Part shown: piece by piece, positions 23,774-38,220 of the stretch
Layout: every line of letters starts with the position of its first letter
Numbering within the stretch: position 1 is the first letter of the stretch
From: Eledone cirrhosa
Lineage: Eukaryota
Direction: 5' to 3'
Length of the DNA: 64,000 bases
NCBI GenBank assembly: GCA_964016885.1
Contig: OZ024742.1
Coordinates: 252,526,001 to 252,590,000 of the forward strand
Program-made: the position numbers and the translations under genes
Notes under the pieces: generated by a model
Seen by the model: only the letters and a program-made list of their open reading frames with translations
Told to the model about the DNA's origin: nothing
The model's database searches: none

Positions 23774-25374
23774 CACATCACATCACATCTCGTCTCGCCT
23801 CGCCTCACCTCATTTCACCACGCCACGCCACATTTCATCACATCACATCACATTTCAGCATGCCACGCCACATTTCATCACATCACATCACATTTCACCA
23901 CGCCACGCCACATCACATGCAATCACACCACATGCTACCACACTACATCCCACCACACTCTACTACACCATATCTCCCACCCTACATTGAACCACTCCAC
24001 CACATTCCACGACACCACACCACTGTCCACTACACTAAACCACACTCCACTACACTACACCCCCCCCCCACCCCACCACTGTCTATTCGACTGTTTTCTA
24101 TTTCGTAGGTATGTCCAGTTACAGTAAGAGAAAGTTATTTCAAAGGATCTGAGTAAGTAAACACTTCATTGACCATCATTTTAAGCAGAATCTCAGTGTA
24201 GTTTTAAATTGACCTTTTCATATGATTACACCTCAGTCTTAACTTAATCACCTGTAGATGGTTGCTACATGTAATGTTAAAATTAGTTAAACACTGTTTC
24301 CCCCTTCTCATCACATATGGATGCTACATGTGTATTGTTAACATTAATCTAACATTGTGTCCCCCCCCCCCGCCTCACCATATCATACCACACCACATCA
24401 CACCATGTTGTACCACACCAGACCACATAACACCATGCTATACCATATATATATATATATATATATATGAGCTCCCCACTCGTTATATTAACTGTATCTC
24501 CTCAGTGTTTCTTGAAAGTCTGAGAGATCAGCTATATATTTGTTTACAATTTTTTTTTAATATTTAGATGGAAAAGAAGAAAAAGACGATGAAGCAGACG
24601 ACTAAAATGAAAATGACGACAAAGAAGACACGGGAAACGATGACGAAAAGAAGAAGAAAGTATGATCTCAGTTCAGTCTAAACCTAATGATTTATAGATA
24701 TGATCTTCGTTCAGTCTTAACCTAATGACCTGTAGATACGATCTGTTTAGGTTTAACTTAAACATTCAAAGATATTTGTATATACTTTTGTTGATGTTTG
24801 ACATTGTTTTTTTAGTTATGAAATAGCTTATAAGCTACATTATAGGATCACAGTGCATGAGCACACTGCTCTTTAAATTAACTTTATCTCCTCAGCACTT
24901 TGTAAAGTCTGAGAGATAGGCAACATATATGTTTAACATTCTTTGTTTTTGGTATTTAGATGGCAGAGGAGAAGATAAAGGCACAGAAGAAGTCAAAGGC
25001 ACAGAAGCAGTCAAAGGCACAGAAGCAGTCAAAGGCACAGAAGCAGTCAAAGGCACAGAAGAAAACAAAGGCACAGAAGAAGACAAAGAAAATGAACAAG
25101 AAGAACAATTATTATTACTATTATTATTTGTATTATTATAATCAAACTAAGCCCCACTACATCAACCTATACCATACCATGCCACACCACACTGACAAAC
25201 ATTATACCATACCACATTATCCAACACCACACTACGAAACACTGTACAACCTCACATCAGACCATGCTATGAAACAATATACCATACTACACTATACAAC
25301 AATAGACAACACCACACAAGACTATGAAACACTATACTTTACCACACTATATCACACCACTCAAGTTAGAGAGG

Positions 25375-28300
25375 ATCAACTTTTTTTCTGGAAAGTAGAA
25401 AACCTAACTTTAAGCTAAAACCGAACTTTAAAAATAACACTTACCCTAACACTTGCACTCACACATGCTCTAACACTTGCACTCACACATGCTCTAACAG
25501 TGAACTTAGCGCTAACATGAAAACTAACACAAACACAAAATCTGAAAACTAACATTAAATAGAAAACTAACACAAACACTAATCTGAACACTAACACTAA
25601 CCTGAACACCAGCACTAAAACTAACACTACCGTAAACACGAATACAAACACTAACACTAACCTGAACACTTACACTAAAACTAACATTAGCACAAACATT
25701 AGCCTCAACACTAGCACTAAAACTAACACTACCATAAACACTAACACTGAGCTGAGCACTAACACAAACACTAATCTGAAAACTGATACTAACCAGAAAA
25801 CTAAGCTAACATTAACTTCAACACTAACGCTAACAGAGATACTAACACAAAAACAAACACTAACACAATCTCTAACACTGACCTCAACACTAACTCTAAC
25901 CTGAAAACTAAGCTAACATTAACCTGAACACTAACATAAACACTAATGCTAACACTAACAGAAATACTAATGCTAACATTAACGCTAACCTTATCACAAA
26001 AACAAAGACTAACACTAATGCTAACAGAGATACTAACACAAAATCAAATACTAACACTAACACAATCTCTAACACTAACCTTAACACTAAAACTAACACT
26101 AACATTAACTTGAACACTAACACTAACCTGAACACTTACACTAAAACTAACACTAACAGAGATACTAACACAAATATTAACACAAAAACAAACACTAACA
26201 CAAAAACTAACACTAACCTGAAAACTAAGCTAACATTAACCTGAACACTAACACTCATGCTAACACTAACACAAACACTAATCTGAAAACTGATACTAAC
26301 CAGAAAACTAAGCAAACATTAACTTCAACACTAAAACAAACACTAACGCTAACAGAGATACTAACACAAATATTAACACAAACACATACACTAATGCAAT
26401 TTCTAACACTAACCTCAACACTAACACTAAAACTAACATTAACTTGAACACTAACTCTAACCTGAAAACTAAATTAACATTAACCTGAACACTAACATAA
26501 ACACTAGTGCTAACACTAACAGAAATACTAATGCTAACATTATCGCTAACCTAAACACAAAAACAAAGACTAACGCTAACACAATCACTAACACTAATGG
26601 AAACATCAAACACTAATGCTAACAGAGATACTAACACAAATATTAACACAAAATCAAATACTAACACTAACACAATCTCTAACACTAACCTTAACACTAA
26701 AACTAACTTGAATACTAACACTAACAGAGATACTAACACAAATATTAACACAAAAACAAACACTAACACAATCTCTAACACTAAAACTAACATTAACTTG
26801 AACGCTAACACTAACCTGAAAACTAAGCTAACATTAACCTGAACACTAACACAAACACTCATGCTAACACTAACAGAAATACTAATGCTAACATTAACAC
26901 AAAAACAAAGACTAACACTAACACAATCACTAACACGAATGGAAACATCAATCACTAATGCTAACAGAGATACTAACACAAAAACAAACACAAACTCTAA
27001 CACTAACCTTAACACTAAAACTAACATTAACACTAACACTAACCTGAACACTTACACTAAAACTAACATTAACCTAAACACTAGCACTAAAACTAACACT
27101 ACCATAAACAGTAACACTAACACTGATCTGAGCACTAACAGTAACACTACCATAAAAACTAACACTAATAACAACACTAACACTAACCTTAACACAAAAA
27201 CTGATACTAACCAGAAAACTAAGCTAACATCAAAACTAAGCTCAACACTAGAACAAACACTAACATTAACAGAAAAACAAAGACTAGCACTAACACTAAT
27301 GGAAACACAAACATTAACACAAAATAAAACACTAACACTAAAACTAACACTACCGTAAACACTAACCTGAACACTAACACTAAAACTGACATTAACACGA
27401 ACATTAACCTGAACACTAACACTACCATAAATCACTAACACTTAAAGTAACACAAGCCCTAATCTGAAAACTAACACTAACCAGAAAACTATGTCAACAT
27501 TAACCTGAACACTAACACTAACAAAAATGCTAACACTAATACAAAATCAAACACTAACACGAACACTAATGGAAACACTAACGCTGACACTGACGAAGAT
27601 GGTTATGCTGACACAATCCCTTACCCTGACAAACACTAACGTGAATACTGATGCAGGTGCAAAGGCCAATGCTGACAGAGACTCTGACGCACACGCTGAT
27701 GTAAATGCTACACAGACTCTAACACTGACGTGGACACTGACACAAATGCTCACGCTGATGCAAACACTAAAGCAAATGCAGACACTAATGCAAACACAGA
27801 CGCAAATGTTGATGCAGATGTTAAAGCAAACGCAAATGCTGACACAAATGATGACAGCGATGCTAATGTGAACCTTAACGCAGACGTAAACATTGACGTA
27901 GAAGCTAAAGGAAACACTGATGCAAACACTAATGAAAATGCTGACACAGACGCTAACATACGTTAACACAGATGCTAACGTAAACACTGACGCAGATGCT
28001 AATATAAACACTGACGCAGATGCTAATATAAACACTGACACAGATGCTAACACATGTTGACACAGATGCTAACGTAAACGATGACGCAGACGCTAACGTA
28101 AACGATGACGTAGAAGCTAACGTAAACGCTGACACAGACGCAAATGTAAATGCTGACGCTGATGTAGATGTAGATACAGACGCTGACGTAGAAGCTAACA
28201 CAAACGCTGACACAGACACTAATGTAAGCGCTGACGTAGAAGCTAATGTAGATGCTGACGTAGAAGCTAACGTAAACGATGATGGAGATGTTAACGTAGA

Positions 28301-29600
28301 AGCTGACGTAGATGCTGATGTAGAAGCAAACGTAAATGCTGACGTAGAAGCTAACAAAACGCTGACGTAGTTGTTACGTAGAAGCAGGCGTAGAAGTTAG
28401 CGTTTACCCTTACCGCCGAAGCTGATCTCCAAAACGCAATTGCTGATGCGGATTGCTGAAGCCAAAGCCAAGCTAACGCTGACGCAAATGTTGAGGCAGT
28501 ATTGCCGGCGCTGACGTGTATGCTGACGCTAACGCAAATGCTGATGCGGACGCTAGGGCTCAGGCTAACGCTAACGCTGACGCAAATGCTGAAGTTAACG
28601 CTTACATGGGATATGCAGACGCTGCAATGATGCGGACGCCACAGGAAAGGTTGATGGAAACGCCAATGCTAACGGAAACGCTGACGTACACGTTACGGAA
28701 ACGCTGACGTAGAAGCTAACGTAAACGCTGACACAGATGCTGACGTACACGCTGACACTGACGTTAACTGAAACGCTGACACAGATGCTGACGTACACGC
28801 TGACACTGACGTTAACTGAAACGCTGATGCTGATGTAGATGTAAATACTGACGCTGACACAGAAGCTAACGTACACGCTGACACAGATGCTAATGGAAAC
28901 GCTGATGTAGAAGCTAACGGAATTGCTGACATAGAAGCTAACGGAAACGCTGACACAGACGCTAACGGAAATGCTGACAAAGACGTTAAAGGAAACGCTG
29001 TCGCAAACACTAATGCTAATGTGAATGCTGATGCAGATGCTGACGCAAATGCTAACCCCTACACAAATGCAAACGCTGATGCTAACACTGACTCAAACAC
29101 TAATGCAAATGCTGACGTGCACGCTGATGCAAACGCTGACACTGAGGGAAATGCTGACACTGACACAGGTGCTAACGCGGACGCTAATGATAATGCTGAC
29201 TCAGAAGCTGACGTAGACGCAGGCACTGAAACAAACACTAATGCTAACACTAATGTTGACTCAGACACTAGGGGAAATGCTGACACAATCACTATCACCA
29301 GTGCAGACGCTGACGCAAATGCTGACATAGATGCTGGCACTTACGCAAACACTAAGGCTAACACCAGTCTACATAGACACTAACACAAAAGCTTACATAG
29401 ACGCTTATGCAAATGCTAATGCTGATGCAGACAGTAATGCAAACAGTAACTGTAAGAGTAACAGTTACAGTAACACTAACAGTGACAGTAATGCTAACAG
29501 TAACACAGTCACTAACAATAAACTTACCATTAACAGTAAAACTTACCCTAACACTAACCCTAAATCTAACATTAACCCAGAGAAAAAAGTCATTTGCAAT
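25375..29600. repeat. 4.2-kb degenerate hexamer tract (ACTAAC to GCTGAC/GATGCT and back)
   Basis: Continuous 6-bp periodicity; bounded by caactttttttctgg and ccagagaaaaaagtcatttg. Confidence 0.85.
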
Positions 29601-29689
29601 CAAAGTCATTTAAGGTCACTCTTTAAGATATAGAAGATAGGCATTACATTTTAATGAGTTTAATTTAAAGAGAATCATGCTATACGATG

Positions 29690-32600
29690 CAACACAATAA
29701 CACACCACACCACACTAACCTACACTACACCAAACCAGATTATACCTACCTTGGTAAATTTATGATAGGTTTCCATGTTATAACTACACCAAACTAAACC
29801 ATACCAAACTACACCAAACCAAACCACACCATAACAAACTACACCATACTACATCACACCAAGCTATTGATTTTGGTGTGAGAAATTTTCATCTGGCAAC
29901 TTTTTTTTTTTTTTTTGTGCTTACCACCCAATTTCACGTAAAAGGTGCCCGCAAATTACTATTTTATGCACATATTATCAATGGTTATGATATAGAAACC
30001 TGATTAAAATGACTAGCTTTGTAGAAAAAAGAGGGAGGATGTGGGTGGAAATACCATTTACAAAGCTAGTCATTTTTTATTGCAGCGGAAGTCATATTTT
30101 TTGTTAATATGCTAAAAGCATAGTCCACTGCAAGCATCTTGGAAGTTGATAGCACATGCAAAAATGAATGAAAAATTTTTTTTCTAACATAAATCAAAGT
30201 GTAAATTTAAATCCTCATTTATAACAAAGCACACCACAGCACATTAATCCACCCCAATCCACACCATAAATTCACCATAACCATACTTCACTATATGGTA
30301 AATTTATTACAAAACACCTACTCCGACTATTTACATCACACCATGGTATGGACATCAATGTGACAAATTTGCTACCTGCTTTTTTTTTTTTTTTTTTGTG
30401 TGGTTACCACCTCAAAACACCTAGTCCGACTATTTACATCACACCATCGTATGGACATCAATGTGACAAATTTGCTACCAGCTTTTTTTTTTTTTTTTGT
30501 GGTTAACACCTCAAACTAACATCAAAGGTGCTTGCAATTGACTATTTTCCCACACATTATCAATGAATCTATCGTTTACAATTGGTTTCCATTTCATAAC
30601 TTCACCAAACCACACCATACCAAGTTACACCATACTACAACACACCAAGCTATTGATCTTGGTGTGAAACATTTTCTTCCCGTTTCTTTTTTTTTTTTTT
30701 TTTTTTTTTGTATGTGTGCTTACCCCCCAATCTGACATTAAAGGTGCTCCCAATTGATTATTTTTTTTCCACTTATCAATAATTATGACATGGAAACCTG
30801 TCGAAAATGACTATCTTTGTAGAAACTTCACCAAACCACACCATACTACATCACAACAAGCTATTGATTTTGGTGTGACAAATTTTCATCTGGCAATTTT
30901 TTTTTTTTTTTTTTTTTTTTTTCTGTGCTTAGCACCCAATTTGACGTAAATGGTGCTCGCAAATTACTATTTTATGCACATATTATCAATGGTTATGACA
31001 TGGAAACCTGATGAAAATGACTAGCTTTGTAGAAAAAAGAGGGAGGATGTGGGTGGAAATACCATTTACAAAGCTAGTCATTTTTTATTGCAGAGGAAGT
31101 CATATTTTTTGTTAATATGCTAAAAGCATAGTCCACTGCAAGCATCTTGGAAGTTGATAGCACATGCAAAAATGAATGAAAAAATTTTTTTCTAACATAA
31201 ATCAAAGTGTAAATTTAAATCCTCACTTATAACAAAGCACACCACAGCACATTAATCCACCCCAATGCACACCATAAATTCACCATAACCATACTTCACT
31301 ATATGGTAAATTTATTACAAAACACCTACTCCGACTATTTACATCACACCATGGTATGGACATCAATGTGACAAATTTGCTACCTGCTTTTTTTTTTTTT
31401 TTGGTGGTTACCACCTCAAACTAACATCAAAGGTGCTTGCAAATGACTATTTTCCCACACATTATCAATGAATATGACATGGGATCTATCGTTTACAATT
31501 GGTTTCCATTTCATAACTTCACCAAACCACACCATACCAAGTTACACCATACTACATCACACCAAGCTATTGATCTTGGTGTGAAACATTTTCTTCCCGT
31601 TTCCTTTTTTTTTTTTGTACGTGTGCTTACCCCCCCAATCTGACATTAAAGGTGCTCCCAATTGATTATTTTTTTTCCTCTTATCAATAATTATGACATG
31701 GAAACCTGTCGAAAATGACTATCTTTGTAGAAACTTCACCAAACCACACCATACTACATCACACCAAGCTATTGATTTTGGTGTGACAAATTTTCATCTG
31801 GCATTTTTTATTTTGTTTATTTTGAGCTGACCACCCAATTTGACATAAAAGTGACTCGCAAATTACTATTTTATGCACATATTATCAATGGTTATGACAT
31901 GGAAACCTGATGAAAATGACTAGCTTTGTAGAAAAAAGAGGGAGGATGTGGATGGAAATACCATTTACAAAGCTAGTCATTTTTTATTGCAGCGGAAGTC
32001 ATATTTTTTGTTAATATGCTAAAAGCATAGTCCACTGCAAGCATCTTGGAAGTTGATAGCACATGCAAAAATGAAGGAAAAATTTTTTTTCTAACATAAA
32101 TCAAAGTGTAAATTTAAATCCTCACTTATAACAAAGCACACCACCGCACATTAATCCACCCCAATCCACACCATAAATTCACCATAACCATACTTCACTA
32201 TATGGTAAATTTATTACAAAACACCTAATCCGACTATTTACATCACACCATGGTATGGACAGCAATGTGACAAATTTGCTACCTGCTTTTTTTTTTTTTT
32301 TTTTTGTGGTTACCACCTCAAACTAACATCAAAGGTGCTTGCAAATGACTATTTTCCCACACATTATCAATGAATATGACATGGGAATCTATCGTTTACA
32401 ATTGGTTTCCATTTCATAACTTCACCAAACCACACCATACCAAGTTACACCATACTACATCACACCAAGCTATTGATCTTGGTGTGAAACATTTTCTTCC
32501 CGTTTCGTTTTTTTTTTTTTGTATGTGTGCTTACCCCCCAATCTGACATTAAAGGTGCTCCCAATTGATTATTATTTTTCCACTTATAAATAATTATGAC

Positions 32601-32705
32601 ATGGAAACCTGTCGAAAATGACTATCTTTGTAGAAACTTCATCAAACCACACCATACTACATCACACCAAGCTATTGATTTTGGTGTGACAAATTTTCAT
32701 CTGGC

Positions 32706-32736
<31 letters not shown>

Positions 32737-35700
32737 GTGCTTACCACCCAATTTGACATGAAAGGTGCTCGCAAATTACTATTTTATGCACATATTATCA
32801 ATGGTTATGATATAGAAACCTGATGAAAATGACTAGCTTTGTAGAAAAAAGAGGGAGGATGTGGATGGAAATACCATTTACAAAGCTAGTCATTTTTTAT
32901 TGCAGCGGAAGTCATATTTTTTGTTAATATACTAAAAGCATAGTCCACTGCGAGCATCTTGGAAGTTGATAGCACATGCAAAAATGAAGGAAGATTTTTT
33001 TTTTCTAACATAAATCAAAGTGGAAATTTAAATCCTCACTTATAACAAAGCACACCACAGCACATTAATCCACCCCAATCCACACCATAAATTCACCATA
33101 ACCATACTTCACTATATGGTAAATTTATTACAAAACACCTAATCCGACTATTTACATCACACCATGGTATGGACAGCAATGTGACAAATTTGCTACCTGC
33201 TTTTTTTTTTTTTTTTTTTTGTGGTTACCACCTCAAAACACCTAGTCCGACTATTTACATCACACCATCGTATGGACATCAATGTGACAAATTTGCTACC
33301 AGCTTTTTTTTTTTTTTTTTGTGGTTACCACCTCAAACTAACATCAAAGGTGCTTGCAATTGACTATTTTCCCACACATTATCAATGAATCTATCGTTTA
33401 CAATTGGTTTCCATTTCATAACTTCACCAAACCACACCATACCAAGTTACACCATACTACAACACACCAAGCTATTGATCTTGGTGTGAAACATTTTCTT
33501 CCCGTTTCTTTTTTTTTTTTTTTTTTTTTTTGTATGTGTGCTTACCCCCCAATCTGACATTAAAGGTGCTCCCAATTGATTATTTTTTTTCCACTTATCA
33601 ATAATTATGACATGGAAACCTGTCGAAAATGACTATCTTTGTAGAAACTTCACCAAACCACACCATACTACATCACAACAAGCTATTGATTTTTGTGTGA
33701 CAAATTTTCATCTGGCAATTTTTTTTTTTTTTTTTTTTTTTTCTGTGCTTAGCACCCAATTTGACGTAAATGGTGCTCGCAAATTACTATTTTATGCACA
33801 TATTATCAATGGTTATGACATGGAAACCTGATGAAAATGACTAGCTTTGTAGAAAAAAGAGGGAGGATGTGGGTGGAAATACCATTTACAAAGCTAGTCA
33901 TTTTTTATTGCAGAGGAAGTCATATTTTTTGTTAATATGCTAAAAGCATAGTCCACTGCAAGCATATTGTTAAGTTGATAGCACATGCAAAAATGAATGA
34001 AAAAATTTTTTTCTAACATAAATCAAAGTGTAAATTTAAATCCTCACTTATAACAAAGCACACCACAGCACATTAATCCACCCCAATCCACACCATAAAT
34101 TCACCATAACCATACTTCACTATATGGTAAATTTATTACAAAACACCTAATCCGACTATTTACATCACACCATGGTATGGACATCAATGTGACAAATTTG
34201 CTACCTGCTTTTTTTTTTTTTTTGGTGGTTACCACCTCAAACTAACATCAAAGGTGCTTGCAAATGACTATTTTCCCACACATTATCAATGAATATGACA
34301 TGGGATCTATCGTTTACAATTGGTTTCCATTTCATAACTTCACCAAACCACACCATACCAAGTTACACCATACTACATCACACCAAGCTATTGATCTTGG
34401 TGTGAAACATTTTCTTCCCGTTTCCTTTTTTTTTTTTGTACGTGTGCTTACCCCCCCAATCTGACATTAAAGGTGCTCCCAATTGATTATTTTTTTTCCT
34501 CTTATCAATAATTATGACATGGAAACCTGTCGAAAATGACTATCTTTGTAGAAACTTCACCAAACCACACCATACTACATCACACCAAGCTATTGATTTT
34601 GGTGTGACAAATTTTCATCTGGCATTTTTTATTTTGTTTATTTTGAGCTTACCACCCAATTTGACATAAAAGTGACTCGCAAATTACTATTTTATGCACA
34701 TATTATCAATGGTTATGACATGGAAACCTGATGAAAATGACTAGCTTTGTAGAAAAAAGAGGGAGGATGTGGGTGGAAATACCATTTACAAAGCTAGTCA
34801 TTTTTTATTGCAGCGGAAGTCATATTTTTTGTTAATATGCTAAAAGCATAGTCCACTGCGAGCTTCTTGGAAGTTGATAGCACATGCAAAACTGAATGTA
34901 AAATTTTTTTTCTAACATAAATCAAAGTGTAAATTTAAATCCTCACTTATAACAAAGCACACCACAGCACATTAATCCACCCCAATCCACACCATAAATT
35001 CATCATAACCATACTTCACTATATGGTAAATTTATTACAAAACACCTACTCCGACTATTTACATCACACCATGGTATGGACATCAATGTGACAAATTTGC
35101 TACCTGCTTCTTTTTTTTTTTTCTTTTTTTTTTTTTGGTGGTTACCACCTCAAACTAACATCAAAGGTGCTACCTCCTTTATTTTTTTTTTTTTTGTGGT
35201 TACCACCTCAAACTAACATCAAAGGTGCTTGCAAATGACTATTTTCCCACACATTATCAATGAATATGACATGGGAATCTATCGTTTACAATTGGTTTCC
35301 ATTTCATAATTTCACCAAACCAAACCAAAACACACCATGCCAAGTTACACCATACTACAACACACCAAGCTATTGATCTTGGTGTGAAACATTTTCTTCC
35401 AGTTCCTTTTTTTTTTTTTTTTTTTTTTTCCCCCGTATGTGCGCTTACCCCCCCAATCTGACATTAAAGGTGTTCCCAATTGACTATATTTTTTCCACTT
35501 AGCAATAATTATGACATGGAAACCTGTCGAAAATGACTATCTTTGTAGAAACTTCACCAAACCACACCATACTACATCACAACAAGCTATTGATTTTGGT
35601 GTGACAAATTTTCATCTGGCAATTTTTTTTTTTTTTTTTTTTTCTGTGCTTACCACCCAATTTGACGTAAATGGTGCTCGCAAATTACTATTTTATGCAC

Positions 35701-38186
35701 ATATTATCAATGGTTATGACATGGAAACCTGATGAAAATGACTAGCTTTGTAGAAAAAAGAGGGAGGATGTGGATGGAAATACCATTTACAAAGCTAGTC
35801 ATTTTTTATTGCAGCGGAAGTCATATTTTTTGTTAATATGCTAAAAGCATAGTCCACTGCAAGCATCTTGGAAGTTGATAGCACATGCAAAAATGAAGGA
35901 AAAATTTTTTTTCTAACATAAATCAAAGTGTAAATTTAAATCCTCACTTATAACAAAGCACACCACCGCACATTAATCCACCCCAATCCACACCATAACC
36001 ATACTTCACTATATGGTAAATTTATTACAAAACACCTAATCCGACTATTTACATCACACCATGGTATGGACAGCAATGTGACAAATTTGCTACCTACTTT
36101 TTTTTTTTTTTTTTGTGGTTACCACCTCAAACTAACATCAAAGGTGCTTGCAATTGACTATTTTCCCACACATTATCAATGAATCTATCGTTTACAATTG
36201 GTTTCCATTTCATAACTTCACCAAAACACACCATGCCAAGTTACACCATACTACAACACACCAAGCTATTGATCTTGGTGTGAAACATTTTCTTCCCGTT
36301 TCTTTTTTTTTTTTTTTTTTTTTTTTTGTATGTGTGCTTACCCCCCAATCTGACATTAAAGGTGTTCCCAATTGACTATATTTTTTCCACTTAGCAATAA
36401 TTATGACATGGAAACCTGTCGAAAATGACTATCTTTGTAGAAACTTCACCAAACCACACCATACTACATCACACCAAGCTATTGATTTTGGTGTGACAAA
36501 TTTTCATCTGGCATTTTTTATTTTGTTTATTTTGAGCTTACCACCCAATTTGACATAAAAGTGACTCGCAAATTACTATTTTATGCACATATTATCAATG
36601 GTTATGACATGGAAACCTGATGAAAATGACTAGCTTTGTAGAAAAAAGAGGGAGGATGTGGATGGAAATACCATTTACAAAGCTAGTCATTTTTTATTGC
36701 AGCGGAAGTCATATTTTTTGTTAATATGCTAAAAGCATAGTCCACTGCGAGCATATTGTTAAGTTGATAGCACATGCAAAAATGAAGGAAGATTTTTTTT
36801 TTTCTAACATAAATCAAAGTGGAAATTTAAATCCTCACTTATAACAAAGCACACCACAGCACATTAATCTACCCCAATGCACACCATAAATTCACCATAA
36901 CCATACTTCACTATATGGTAAATTTATTGCAAAACAACTACTCCGACCATTTACATCACACCATGGTATGGACATCAATGTGTCAAATTTGCTACCTGCT
37001 TCTTATTTTTTTTTTTTTTTGTGGTTACCACCTCAAACTAACATCAAAGGTGCTACCTGCTTTTTTTTTTTTTTGTGGTTACCACCTCAAACTAACATCA
37101 AAGGTGCTTGCAAATGACTATTTTCCCACACATTATCAATGAATATGACATGGGATCTATCGTTTACAATTGGTTTCCATTTCATAACTTCACCAAACCA
37201 CACCATACCAAGTTACACCATACTACATCACACCAAGCTATTGATCTTGGTGTGAAACATTTTCTTCCCGTTTCCTTTTTTTTTTTTGTACGTGTGCTTA
37301 CCCCCCCAATCTGACATTAAAGGTGCTCCCAATTGATTATTTTTTTTCCACTTATCAATAATTATGACATGGAAACCTGTCGAAAATGACTATCTTTGTA
37401 GAAACTTCACCAAACCACACCATACTACATCACACCAAGCTATTGATTTTGGTGTGACAAATTTTCATCTGGCAACTTTTTTTTTTTTTTTGTGCTTACC
37501 ACCCAATTTGACATGAAAGGTGCTCGCAAATTACTATTTTATGCACATATTATCAATGGTTATGATATAGAAAGCTGATTAAAATGACTAGCTTTGTAGA
37601 AAAAAGAGGGAGGATGTGGGTGGAAATACCATTTACAAAGCTAGTCATTTTTTATTGCAGCGGAAGTCATATTTTTTGTTAATATGCTAAAAGCATAGTC
37701 CACTGCGAGCTTCTTGGAAGTTGATAGCACATGCAAAACTGAATGAAAAATTTTTTTTCTAACATAAATCAAAGTGTAAATTTAAATCCTCACTTATAAC
37801 AAAGCACACCACAGCACATTAATCCACCCCAATCCACACCATAAATTCACCATAACCATACTTCACTATATGGTAAATTTATTACAAAACACCTAATCCG
37901 ACTATTTACATCACACCATGGTATGGACAGCAATGTGACAAATTTGCTACCTGCTTTTTTTTTTTTTTTTTTTTTTTGTGGTTACCACCTCAAACTAACA
38001 TAAAAGGTGCTTGCAAATGACTATTTTCCCACACATTATCAATGAATGACATGGGAATCTATCGTTTACAATTGGTTTCCATTTCATAATTTCACCAAAC
38101 CAAACCAAAACACACCATGCCAAGTTACACCATACTACAACACACCAAGCTATTGATCTTGGTGTGAAACATTTTCTTCCCGTTTC

Positions 38187-38220
<34 letters not shown>

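Noticed and set aside
22321-24460. His/Thr/Pro-rich ORFs
   Set aside because: Products of (CACAC/CACCA)n pentamer repeats, open in several frames
31005-31095. CTGATGA followed by a long stem in most satellite units, suggestive of a hammerhead array
   Set aside because: The stem is followed by TTTATT rather than GAAA, no stem I/III can be formed, and some units read CTGATTA
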